The notes under the pieces: generated by a model
The model's input: only the letters and a program-made list of their open reading frames with translations
Told to the model about the DNA's origin: nothing
Database searches by the model: none
In this document: one piece after another, positions 49,071 through 58,569 of the stretch
Numbering within the stretch: the stretch's first letter is position 1
How the letters are laid out: each line of letters opens with the position of its first letter
Program-made: the position numbers and the translations under genes
Virus record (IMG/VR): IMGVR_UViG_3300044807_000022
Coordinates: 21,064-85,063 of that record
Length of the DNA: 64,000 bases
Source: a virus
Direction: 5' to 3' (one strand)

Positions 49071-49834
49071 TTACACCTTCCGGCAACTGCCAGAAGGCTC
49101 GGGCTGTCCGAACACGTAGGGCGCTACGCGCTCGAAGTCGTGGGGCTCGGGCATTTCGTCCGGCTCCACGGCCACGCGGGCGTCACGCGCCCGTTCGCTG
49201 AGTGCGAGGCGGTCGGTGTCCTCGTTGCCCATAGCTCAGTCCTCCGCAGGGTTCGTGTACGTCTCGGTCGGGTCCTCGTCCAGCACGCGCGCGACCGGGA
49301 TCACGTCCACGTCGTCGCTGCCGGGCACGGTGCTCTTGATGCAGATGAGCGCGTGGCCGTGGCCGGTCGTCTTCTCGCGAGCGTGCATGAGGAACACGTC
49401 GTCGTTCGCTGCCGCCTGCATCAGCGTGTCGAAGTTCGCGCGGTCCTCGGGCAGGAGCGCGGTCGGGCGTGGGTCCTCGCCGCCCAGGTGTGCGCGCATG
49501 GCGTCGATGGCGTCACGCAACGGCCGGAAGTGCTCGTTGAGCGTCAGCTTGGCGACCTTCTCGCTCTGCCCGCTCGCTTCGTTGAGGAGTTCGCTCGCGC
49601 GGCGCTCGGCCGCGCCGAGTACGAGGTCCATCTGCTCGGGCGTCAGCATGCGACCACCTGCGCGCTCCTGCCCTGCCAGACCTCCGCGTGGAAGTCCGCG
49701 CGGTCGCTGGCGGGCGTCCAGAGGACCACGATGCGCGATGCCTCGGGGTGCTGTTCGCTCGCGCGAGCATGCGCCGCAGCGCGTGCCTTCTCGCACGGCG
49801 CGTTCCCGCGTTCGGGCAGACGGTATATCCGCAT
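49071..49834 (-). CDS. Three small hypothetical genes (49071-49232, 49236-49649, 49643-49834)
   Basis: RBS and coupling. Confidence 0.5.
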
Positions 49835-49855
49835 GGCTGGCCTCCAGTTCGAGTT

Positions 49856-49891
49856 CTACCTGCCCAAACCGGCTAGGCAGGAAAGTGTGAC
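49856..49891 (-). promoter_or_regulatory. Phage-specific promoter-like motif copy 2
   Basis: GTCACACTTTCCTGCCTAGCCGGTTTGGGCAGGTAG upstream of ATG 49834. Confidence 0.7.
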
Positions 49892-50109
49892 GTTCGTCGG
49901 AAGATTTCGCCCGCGCTCGTGGGCTCCAGGGCGGGAGGCACGAGGAGCCGTTGAGCGCGGGCACGTGATTCTGAGGCTCACGCGAGGGCCTGTAGTTCGC
50001 ATCACCTTGACGGTAGGTCCCACCGCTTGCGCGGGTCAGCCGGATCAGGTGAGAGGCGCGCGCACGGGATTACGTGCGCGGGTTCGCTGCGTGTGTGGGG
50101 TACGACGAT

Positions 50110-50489
50110 CTAGCGGTGCATGTCCAGGGGCGCGAGCAGGATCGGCTTGCCGTCGCCCTCGAAGACCAGTTCGCCCGTGACCGCTCGGGCATCCAACAGC
50201 GCGCGGTCGCCAGCGGCACGCAGGACCTCGCCCAGGTCGGGCCGTCCGCGTTCGCTGCGCACGCTCGCACGCGCGTAAAGCTCGTCGGCGCGGTGGAGCG
50301 CCAGTTCGCGGGCCATCAGGAGTTGCATCGGGATCGCGTGGCTCATCGTGCCACCTTACGCGGTGCGCACGCGTGGCAGATGCAGTTGCGCCCGTGGACA
50401 GGCTGCACCTTCGGCATCCGCACGCACGGGGGCGCGGGGCGCGTGGTTCGCAGCATGGCGAAGTAGCGGCTGTCGCGAGTGCTCGGCAT
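50110..50489 (-). CDS. Two small hypothetical genes (50110-50346, 50343-50489)
   Basis: RBS and coupling. Confidence 0.45.
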
Positions 50490-50781
50490 GATGCCTCCGG
50501 TGGTTGAAGTGTTCGCGGGCGCGTGCCGGGGAGGAGCACGCGCCCGCTGGCGGGGTCGCCGGGTGAAGACTCGCCCCGTGCTCAGTTGTGCGCCTATATG
50601 CGCGCACGGGGCGTGGCAGCGAGGCGCGATGCCTGTTCGCTGCTCAAGTTCGTTCGCGCTCGACCCGAGGGGAGCGCGTTCGTTCGTAAGAGTTCGCCGT
50701 TCGCTGTTCGCATGAGCGCCAGCGTGCGGCCCCTGCGCGGGGGCGCGCCCGGACACTGTGCCGGGCGCGCCGATGCGCGGG

Positions 50782-51042
50782 TCAGTCGATCACCCCGAGG
50801 GTCAGAGCGCGCGCGACCGGCGCGAGGGGGTAGCGCTTGAGCTTGGGCTCGGGGTTGGGGTTGGCGTCGCTTGCGCGTGCCGTGGTCTCGACCGCGAGCA
50901 TGAGCGCGCCCGTGGTCACGTTCTTCTCGACCGCGTAGCGCTTGCGCGCGTCGTCGGGGTCGGTCACGAACTCGCGTACGGTCTCATACGCGGGAGCGTC
51001 GGCCGGGCGCGTCGTCGCGGCGGCCTGATCGAGCAGTGACAT
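50782..51042 (-). CDS. Hypothetical protein (first gene of leftward arm)
   Basis: GAGGAG RBS; downstream hairpin GGCGCGCCCGG...CCGGGCGCGCC at about 50742-50770. Confidence 0.6.
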   Translation of the reverse strand: MSLLDQAAATTRPADAPAYETVREFVTDPDDARKRYAVEKNVTTGALMLAVETTARASDANPNPEPKLKRYPLAPVARALTLGVID

Positions 51043-51065
51043 GGATTCTCCTCAAGTCGGGGTCA

Positions 51066-51101
51066 CTACCTGCCGAAACCGGTTACTATGGAAAGTGTGA
51101 C
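51066..51101 (-). promoter_or_regulatory. Phage-specific promoter-like motif copy 3
   Basis: GTCACACTTTCCATAGTAACCGGTTTCGGCAGGTAG upstream of ATG 51042. Confidence 0.7.
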
Positions 51102-51141
51102 GGCCGTCAGAGGATCGGCCGCAGAACCGGAAGGGGTCTCA

Positions 51142-52227
51142 ATGTCGGTACTAGCTGAAGCGGTTGAAGTCGAGACGGCAGAGCGGGAGCGACCCGCGAG
51201 GGAAGCGGCGGCCGTGGTCGCGGCGGCACGCGTGGCCGATGAGCGCGTGACAGAGCGGGAGCTACTGACGGCATGCGGTCGCGCGGTCGCGGTCGCGTGT
51301 CGGTCTCTGTCGCACGATGAGCGGGAGGACCTGACCGCTCACCTGGCAGAGACGATCGCGCGGAAGGCGGGCGCACTGACGGCCGCCGCTCACGTGCGCG
51401 GCGATGAGCGGACCCCGCACGATTGGACCCCGCCGCGCCGACTGATCGCACACTCCTACCTGACCCGCCGCGCCGCTCACCTGTGGGCGCGGGAGCGGGA
51501 GCGACTGATCGCGGGTCGCGCCGATGCGCGGCCGTCCATGCTTGACCAGTCACGGCAGGCGGGCGCGCTCAGTCTCAACCCTGGCGGCACGCTTGAGTCA
51601 GAGGACCCGGACACGGACACGGGCGCAAGCTCGCGGTCAATCCTGGCGGCGGCGGCGGACCTGGCGGGCCACCCCGCGCCCGCTCCCGAGAACGTGGACG
51701 TGGCGCGCACGTGCGAGGCCCTAGGCGTCTCTGCCACTGCGGCCGATGCCGTGCGCGCCGCTCTGAGCGGTTGGGGGTCGGCGCTTGACCTGGCGCGCGC
51801 TCTGAACGTGTCGCACGCGTCGGCGCGTAAGCGTCTCCAGCGCGGGCGCGATGCCGTGCGGGCGCGCTACCCGGACCCGGCCGCTCTGCTAGCCGCTCTG
51901 GGCGATGCCCTGGCGGACGCGCCCGATCCTGAGCGCGTGGCAGAGCGGGTCCGCCTGAGCGCCGCAGAGCGCGCCGCAGAGGATGCCGTGACGGCCGTCA
52001 AGCGTTCCCCTGCGCACGGGTCCGGGGTCCGCTCTGACCCGGCCGTCACCCTGCGCGCCACGCGCCGCAATTGGCGGGGCTACCTGCGCGGGGTCACGGG
52101 TCCGGCGCGCCCGGCCGTGACCTACTGCGGCCGGACCTGGCGGGCACCCCGTGAGCAGGGGGCCACCTGGCAAGCGCCCGTCACGCGGGAGGCCCTGATC
52201 GCGGGGGGTTGGATCACCCCGGCCTAG
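51142..52227 (+). CDS. Divergent sigma-factor-like protein
   Basis: Region 2-like HDEREDLTAHL...SYLTRRAAHLWARER; region 4-like SALDLARALNVSHASARKRLQRGRDAVR; atypical codons. Confidence 0.55.
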   Translation: MSVLAEAVEVETAERERPAREAAAVVAAARVADERVTERELLTACGRAVAVACRSLSHDEREDLTAHLAETIARKAGALTAAAHVRGDERTPHDWTPPRRLIAHSYLTRRAAHLWARERERLIAGRADARPSMLDQSRQAGALSLNPGGTLESEDPDTDTGASSRSILAAAADLAGHPAPAPENVDVARTCEALGVSATAADAVRAALSGWGSALDLARALNVSHASARKRLQRGRDAVRARYPDPAALLAALGDALADAPDPERVAERVRLSAAERAAEDAVTAVKRSPAHGSGVRSDPAVTLRATRRNWRGYLRGVTGPARPAVTYCGRTWRAPREQGATWQAPVTREALIAGGWITPA

Positions 52228-52263
52228 GTCACACTCTCCCGCCTAGCCGGTTTGGCGGGGTAG
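52228..52263 (+). promoter_or_regulatory. Phage-specific promoter-like motif copy 4
   Basis: GTCACACTCTCCCGCCTAGCCGGTTTGGCGGGGTAG, ends 5 nt before the structured RNA. Confidence 0.7.
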
Positions 52264-52267
52264 CTGA

Positions 52268-52454
52268 AGTCTCGGCACTGGCGGCCATCCCTAGCGGGGT
52301 GGCCGCTCTGCTTTGACGGCACGGCTAGAGACGGCATGTCGGCAGGTAGCGCCATGGTGGCGCGGCACCCTGGCGCTACCTGCCGCTTCCCCCTAGCCAC
52401 GGCCCGACCGCAGAGCGTCCCACTAGGACCCCGCCAGTAGGACTAGCCGAGACT
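52268..52454 (+). ncRNA. Unnamed structured RNA (four-way junction plus long interrupted stem)
   Basis: Five nested perfect helices and two junction hairpins in an ORF-free region. Confidence 0.7.
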
Positions 52455-52667
52455 GACCCCGGCCGACTGATCGACCCGCCGCGCAAGCGTCGAAATTTTC
52501 TGCCGAGGGCAATGGGAACAGCACCGATGCGAGGACCCCGCTCTGAGAGACGCTAGCCGCCGCTCAGAGCCTTGCAAGGCATCGGGCCAACCCTGACCTA
52601 CCCCTGAAGCTCAGGCGGCGGGAGAGCACGACTCAAGCTCACCTAGCCACCTGCCGATAGAGAGGAC

Positions 52668-52775
52668 ATGAGCACCATGGTCCGCTACCTGCCCCACCTG
52701 ATCGCCACCGTATCCGTGGCGCTCATGCTCTGGGCCATCGTGGCAGTCTGTCAGGCGGCGCAGCATGTCGCCTAG
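52668..52775 (+). CDS. 35-aa hydrophobic membrane peptide
   Basis: AGAGGA RBS; MSTMVRYLPHLIATVSVALMLWAIVAVCQAAQHVA. Confidence 0.55.
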   Translation: MSTMVRYLPHLIATVSVALMLWAIVAVCQAAQHVA

Positions 52776-52947
52776 CGCCGCACGGCTCATCATGGACGCC
52801 ATGGTCGCAGCGACCCGGCCGTCCACCCTGACCCCTGCCGAATGTCTCGACCGCGCCGCAGAGCGCAGCGAGGAGAGAAGGCAGGAACTACGCGCCATGT
52901 CGGACCGGCGCAGTGCCCCGCGCAGCACCCCGGACCGGCGCGCCTAG
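52765..52947 (+). CDS. Small hypothetical protein
   Basis: Overlaps the preceding peptide ORF. Confidence 0.35.
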   Translation: MSPSAARLIMDAMVAATRPSTLTPAECLDRAAERSEERRQELRAMSDRRSAPRSTPDRRA

Positions 52948-53374
52948 CACCCTCCCACGGGCGCAGAGCGCCGGTCCAGTGGAGGACCGACCCGCTAACC
53001 CCCCCCTTTCCGCCCTAGAACATGCGTCCAGGCCCATCCGCCTACATCGGACCCACGCGCACGCTACACCTGAAAAATCCCGATTCCTCCTATCATTGAA
53101 GTCTTCAACTATTCGAGTTCTCGGCATACCCTGGGGCCTGGAACCCGCTGGTAGAGCGATCTGGGGGCCAGGGAGGGCCTGGGATCGGCCTACGGGACCA
53201 CCCGCGCCGCCGAAACTCGCGGAAACCCACCCGAACTCGGGAATGGTGCCTACCCCATCGCTCCGAGAGCCCAATACCCGTCTGGTGTAAGTCCGAACTG
53301 CCGTTAGGCTTTCCAGAGCCGTTTGCGCATGCACGGGCTCAGGTGCGGGTACCTCCCGATCTGTGCCATCGGCC

Positions 53375-53442
53375 TTGACACCGCCATCGGCACCTGGTAG
53401 CGCGCATCGCGACTTGACACCCGGCCTCGCCACCTTCACCCT
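53375..53442 (+). promoter_or_regulatory. Two tandem host sigma-A-like promoter candidates
   Basis: TTGACA at 53375 and 53414, each followed after 17 nt by a weak -10 (TAGCGC, CACCCT). Confidence 0.35.
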
Positions 53443-53851
53443 TCGCTTCGCGGCGGCGGCCCTGGTCCGGCTCTCGTCATCTGCTCGGGACCCCTTCCTC
53501 TGGTCGCCGCCGCCTCGCGCTGTAGCCTCCCGCGCATCGGACCCGCCGACCTCTACCTGCTCGGCCTCTGGCAGCGCGACACGGGCTACAACGTCGCCGC
53601 CGCCTACGCCTTCCACGACCGGGTGCCGAACGGCTGGCTGAGCCTCGCCACGCTGGAGACGTTCGCGTTCGAGTCGCTGGCCTCGCCGCCGGTCTCCTGG
53701 GCCGCCTCGCGCGCCCTGCTCGCCTGACGGCCTTGCCCTCGTTGCCATCGGCCCGTACCCTTCGCTCGGGCGGCGGTGAGCCCGGCCGGGCCTAACGCGT
53801 TCATACCGAGTCGGGAGCCGTCGTCCACCACCCGACCAGAGGAGGCTCATC

Positions 53852-55173
53852 GTGGCACGCAGGATCGCACTGGACCAGAACGAGCGGGCGGGCCTGCTCG
53901 CGCTCCGCGAGGTAGACCCCGACGCCGAGCAGTGGGTCGCGCCGTGGGCGTCGGGCGTGGACCTCGGCGAGCACGGGGCCGACCTGGCGGCGACGACCTA
54001 CAGCGGCGGCATCGCCGTCTTCCGTCGCCTCGCGACCCGCAAGCTCGTTGACGGCGAGCCGGGGGTGCGCGGCGAGCACCGTGGCTACTCGCTGAACGAC
54101 AAGGGCCGGGAGGCGCTGGCCCAGATCGACGCGGAGGCGACGTGACCCTCGCTGCGCGCGCCCGGCGCGCCTACTGGAAGCACGTCCGGCGCTACCAGTT
54201 CGAGACGTGCGGTCGCCACGACCACCCGTACGAGGCGATCCGGCGCGGCTGCGGTCGCCCGGTCGGCCTCGTCTGGGGCGCACCGGCTGGCATCTGGAAC
54301 TTCGTCGTGACCGGCGAGCGCGAGACGACCTACACGGTGCGCGCGGGCACGGCGGGCGGCCCTGTGGAGGAGCGCGCGGAGGGCGTCGGCGGCATCCTGT
54401 GCCTGCACTGCTTCGACCGCCTCGCGCTTGAGCGCGGCATCCTCCTCAAGTACGAGGCGCGACCGCTGTGAGGTCGATCCTGCTCATCATCGCCGGGCTC
54501 GGGCTGATCCTCGTCGGCATCGGCGGCGGCACCAGCAGCGTGCCGCTCGCGATCATCGGCGGCATCCTGACCGGCTACTCGCTCGGCGTCTTCCACTCCC
54601 TCGGAGCGGCGCGCCTCGCGGTCCTCGAAAAGGCCGTCGAGCGGCCCGCGTGTACGTGTGGTGACGGCAGCGCCGAGGAGGACCGGAGCGCCGTGCTGCG
54701 ATGCCCGGTGCATGGGCATGGCTGACGCGTACATCAGGGGCGACGACGGCGAGTGGTCCTACCTCGGGAAGGCCATCGTGAACCCGTGCCAGGTGCCCGA
54801 CTGCGGCGAGCCCTCCACGTGGACCTTCGAGGCGTCCGGCCCGGCCGAGGCGTTCGAGGTCCTGGTCGGCTGCCTGGTCGAGCCGGGCGACAAGCTCCGT
54901 CTCTGCGATCCGCACGCGGAGGCGCTGCCGCGCGGAGGTCGAGTCGCGGCCGGACGGGCGCGTCAACTCCTGGGGGTCCGCATGACCGCGTTCGGGACGG
55001 CCGAGCGGACCGACAAGCTGCTCGATGAAAGTCAGGACGCCCGTCGCGACTTCCTGGCCTGTCCCAAGTGGCGCTTCATCGAGCGGGCTCGGCGGGAGCG
55101 CGAGTGGCTGGCGCTGGTCGAGAAGCTGCGGCAGAACGAGCGCGAGCGCGGTAAGCTGCGCACGCCGGGGTAG
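53852..55173 (+). CDS. Four small hypothetical genes (53852-54145, 54142-54471, 54468-54725 membrane, 54718-55173)
   Basis: GAGGAGG RBS and coupled starts/stops. Confidence 0.55.
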
Positions 55174-55785
55174 CCCAGATCGAACCGCCCCGTCCTAGTA
55201 GGCGCGTCTCTAGGGCGGGTGCCGGGAAGACCACGGGGCGGGCTGGCGGCGGCCGGGCGGTCCTTGGGCCGGGGCCGACTCCGCTGGCTGGAACGCGAGG
55301 GGTTGTGGCCTCGCCCCCGGCGCTACACTGCCGGGCGCGGCGTGCGCTGGTGGTGGCCTGTCACGGCCGATGAAAGAGCCACCGGCCTCGCCGCTCCTCT
55401 GATCGGGATGGGCCGCCGCTCGCCTTGCCAGACGTGCCGAGCGGCGGCCCGCTTTCCCGTGGTACCCTGCTCGACGCGGCGCGCCTGCATCCAGGGTCTC
55501 GGCCTCGGCCCACGCCCTGCACCAGGCGCTCCGCGATCCCATCGCGTCCGAGGGGACGGCGGCGGGGCCGGGCATGAAGTGGGTTGTGGCAAACCCGTCC
55601 GGCCTCGCCGCTTGACCCTGCCGGTAGCCTCGCTCGCTGCGCCGGGCGGCCTGTAGTTGAGCCTCCGGGTCGTCCGGCGCTCCATCCGTGTACGCTGCCG
55701 CCGTGCCGACCGCCGGGATCATCCTCATCTGCGACCTGGCGGCCATCGTGGTCGTCGCCGTGATCGCGGTCAAGGCGGGCTGGTG

Positions 55786-56034
55786 ATGGTTCGGCCGGTC
55801 CACGCCGAGCGCCACCTGCGCCCCGTCGAGCCGCCTCCTCCCGAGCCTGACCCGCCGCGTCGGCCGGGCCTCGCCGTGTTCCTGACCGGCACGATCTGCG
55901 CCCTCGTCATCCTGGCCCTGATGATCGTCCTCGGCGCTGGCCTTGTCGCGGTCGGCTACGGGCTCGGCCTCGCCACGGGCATGATGGTCGTGGCGGTGGC
56001 GGTGGTCGAGAGGGACGGGCACAAGAACCCCTGA
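55786..56034 (+). CDS. Two-TM membrane protein (holin candidate, uncertain)
   Basis: Long hydrophobic segments. Confidence 0.4.
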   Translation: MVRPVHAERHLRPVEPPPPEPDPPRRPGLAVFLTGTICALVILALMIVLGAGLVAVGYGLGLATGMMVVAVAVVERDGHKNP

Positions 56035-56668
56035 TGGCCGTCAGCCGATCCAAGCCGCACTGCCCGTTCTGCAACGGCTGGCAGGCGGTCAGACGCCGCC
56101 GCCCGGACTCGGGGGTCCTGGGCCTCGCGCCGTGCCCGCGCTGCACGTCGCGGCTCCCACGTGGCTTCGCCGCCACCGGCCTCGCTGCCATGGACTTCGA
56201 CTCGACTGACTCGCCCTCGGTCGATCAGGCGTTCCCGGACGGCAACTACCGCTGGCCCGACCCCGGCGAGGTCTGCCTCGACGTGCTCGCGACCGTGCAG
56301 TTGTACTGGCCTCGGACCGGACCGCCCCAATGACCGCCAACCGGAGCTTCAAGCAACGCGTGCGCGCTCGCATGGAGGAGACTGGCGAGAAGTACACCGA
56401 GGCGCGCCGCGCCCTCCTGGAGGCGGATGGCCGCCAGCCGGATAGTGTGACGCCCGTTAAACGATCCGAGCCGCAGCAGAGCGACGAGTCGTTGGTCCGG
56501 GGCTTCTTCGAGGAGCTTGATCGCCGCATCGCGGGCACCAGCGGGTCGCTGTCGCGCGAGCGCCGCGAGCGACTGGCGAATCTGAAGCCCGTCCTCGTCA
56601 AGCGGCACAAGGACGATCCCGAGGGCTTCGCCCGCCGCCTGCGCGACTCCCTGCCGTCGCTGCGCTAA
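56034..56668 (+). CDS. Two hypothetical genes (56034-56333 Zn-binding; 56330-56668)
   Basis: CPFC/CPRC; KQRVRARMEETGEKYTEARRAL motif. Confidence 0.55.
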
Positions 56669-56678
56669 GCTGCCGCGC

Positions 56679-56888
56679 GTCTGGCGGTGACGGGCGGCCC
56701 ACACGGGGCTCATCCGTTGATATAGCGCCTTCCCTCGGGAGGGTTCGAGCCAGCGTGGCGGTGACGCCCCCGCCCCCGGTGCCCCCTACATGACGCCGGG
56801 GATCATGGGATCAGGCCGAGCCTGCTGCCTCTGGCGAGTCTCCGACGACACACGGCCCAGCCGTGGAGTTCGACCCGCACCGCCGGAC
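56679..56888 (+). ncRNA. Candidate structured RNA or leader
   Basis: Closing stem 56679-56694 / 56874-56888 enclosing several hairpins in an intergenic gap. Confidence 0.45.
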
Positions 56889-56913
56889 ACCTAACCCCAA
56901 CGAGGAGGCTCCA

Positions 56914-57291
56914 GTGAAGCCGAGCATCTGCCGGATGGTCGCGTATCGCAGCCGCACGGGCAAGTACACCGTGCCCGCCGTCATCACCGCCACGCAGGAC
57001 TCGCTCGATCCCGGCGGCGTCCAGGCGTACATCGACTCGGGCGGCGTCCGAGGCGTCCCACCGCTGACCGGACCGGACCACGTTCACCTGACCGTCTTCA
57101 CGCCGGGGCTGCCCGGCCAGCGGGCGAAGGCGAGCGACTTCAAGGGCGAGCGCGCCGACGCGCCGATCAGCGAGAACAACGGCGGCTCCTACCAGGAGTG
57201 GGACGTGCCGCTCGACGGCTCCGAGGGCCACCCGGTCTCAAAGGTGGGCGAGCAGTCGCCGGGCACGTGGGCATGGCCCGAGCGCGTCTAG
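56914..57291 (+). CDS. Conserved phage hypothetical protein
   Basis: KPSICRMVAY...PAVIT...VHLTVF...GTWAWPERV; strong RBS. Confidence 0.65.
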   Translation: MKPSICRMVAYRSRTGKYTVPAVITATQDSLDPGGVQAYIDSGGVRGVPPLTGPDHVHLTVFTPGLPGQRAKASDFKGERADAPISENNGGSYQEWDVPLDGSEGHPVSKVGEQSPGTWAWPERV

Positions 57292-57634
57292 CGCTGACGC
57301 CGCGAGGCACGCCGACGCGGCCACCGGCCCAGACGGTCCTGGTGCCCGTGATCGAGCAGATGGAGGACCTGATCGAGGCGGGCGTGCGCATGCGCGACGA
57401 CGCCGCCTGCACCTGCCCGCTCTACGTGGGCGGCGATCCGGCGTGCTACTACCACGGCCTGCGGGACCGGCACCTGCCGGACCTGCTCGCCGTGGACCCG
57501 CCGACTTGGGCGTGGCCGTACGCCTGCCATCGGCACGGGCACGTCTGGGAGTGGGGCTCCGACCGCTGCACGCAGTGCCGGGCTCCTTACGCAGAGTTCG
57601 GTCCGGAAGTCCTGATTGCCGTCGAAGGTTCATA

Positions 57635-57877
57635 ATGGCGGACACGAGCACGACCGCCGTGAAGGGGGCGACGTATCTGCCCAAGGCCGTGCCCATCGGC
57701 CAGGACGCGCTGACGGTGCTGGAGGTAAACGAGACGACGGTGTGGGTTGTGCGTCATCACGCGGTAACGGGAGTCGAGCGCTGGCCGACCCCGCTCAACC
57801 GGCAGCACTTCGAGGCGCTGCACGTCGAGTGCGACCACTACAGCGCGTGGCGAGCTAGGATGCCCGATCAGAAGTAG
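57635..57877 (+). CDS. Hypothetical protein
   Basis: Coupled ORF. Confidence 0.45.
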   Translation: MADTSTTAVKGATYLPKAVPIGQDALTVLEVNETTVWVVRHHAVTGVERWPTPLNRQHFEALHVECDHYSAWRARMPDQK

Positions 57878-57903
57878 GGGCAGGACAACAGGAGGAGGCT
57901 CAC

Positions 57904-58569
57904 ATGCGCAGGTGGAAGCGGTGGCAGAAGGTCACGTTCTGGGTGATCGTGGCGCTCATCGCCATCGGGATCATCCAACTGATCCTGAGCGGCGGCGGGC
58001 ACGACACATCGGCTGAGGCGGCGACGAGGTACCCGCACGGCCTGCCGCGCTGCACGAAGGCGGCGCACGCGAAGAAGCGCTGCACGAAGAAGCAGGCGAA
58101 CAAGGTCATGGCATACGGCAGGCGCGGGCACGACTCGAAGCCACGCACGCTGCGCCAGCGCCGCCCACCGCTGAAGACGCAGGCGCACTCCGCGTCCTCG
58201 GCCTGTCGCACGTGGAGGCCGCGCATCAAGCGCATCGCCCGCGCCGGGGAAATCTACTGGCGCGGCGCGACCATCCACTGGTGCTTCAACTGGAACCGGG
58301 TCACCAGCGCGCGCGTCATCACGGACGCTGACGTGACCACGCTCGGGCGGTTCCTCGGCTTCGACCACATCAGCACGCAGGAGCCCGTGCAGGGCTACTA
58401 CAACTGGAACGGCCACAAGAACGGTGGGTACCTGCTCTACCAGCGGTTCGTCTTCGAGCAGTGCATCCCCGTGATTCAATTCGGGCCGTTCTGCAACGAC
58501 AGGAAGGGATGGTTCAAGGTGTTCGGACACTACGACGGGTCGGGCCACGCGAGCGGGAACGCACCATGA
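57904..58569 (+). CDS. Membrane-anchored/secreted protein
   Basis: N-terminal TM helix, Cys-paired beta domain; AGGAGG RBS. Confidence 0.65.
   Translation: MRRWKRWQKVTFWVIVALIAIGIIQLILSGGGHDTSAEAATRYPHGLPRCTKAAHAKKRCTKKQANKVMAYGRRGHDSKPRTLRQRRPPLKTQAHSASSACRTWRPRIKRIARAGEIYWRGATIHWCFNWNRVTSARVITDADVTTLGRFLGFDHISTQEPVQGYYNWNGHKNGGYLLYQRFVFEQCIPVIQFGPFCNDRKGWFKVFGHYDGSGHASGNAP

Noticed and set aside
56860-56892. tRNA/tmRNA-like 3' end (GTTCGA...ACC)
   Set aside because: No 5-bp T-stem, no cloverleaf, no CCA
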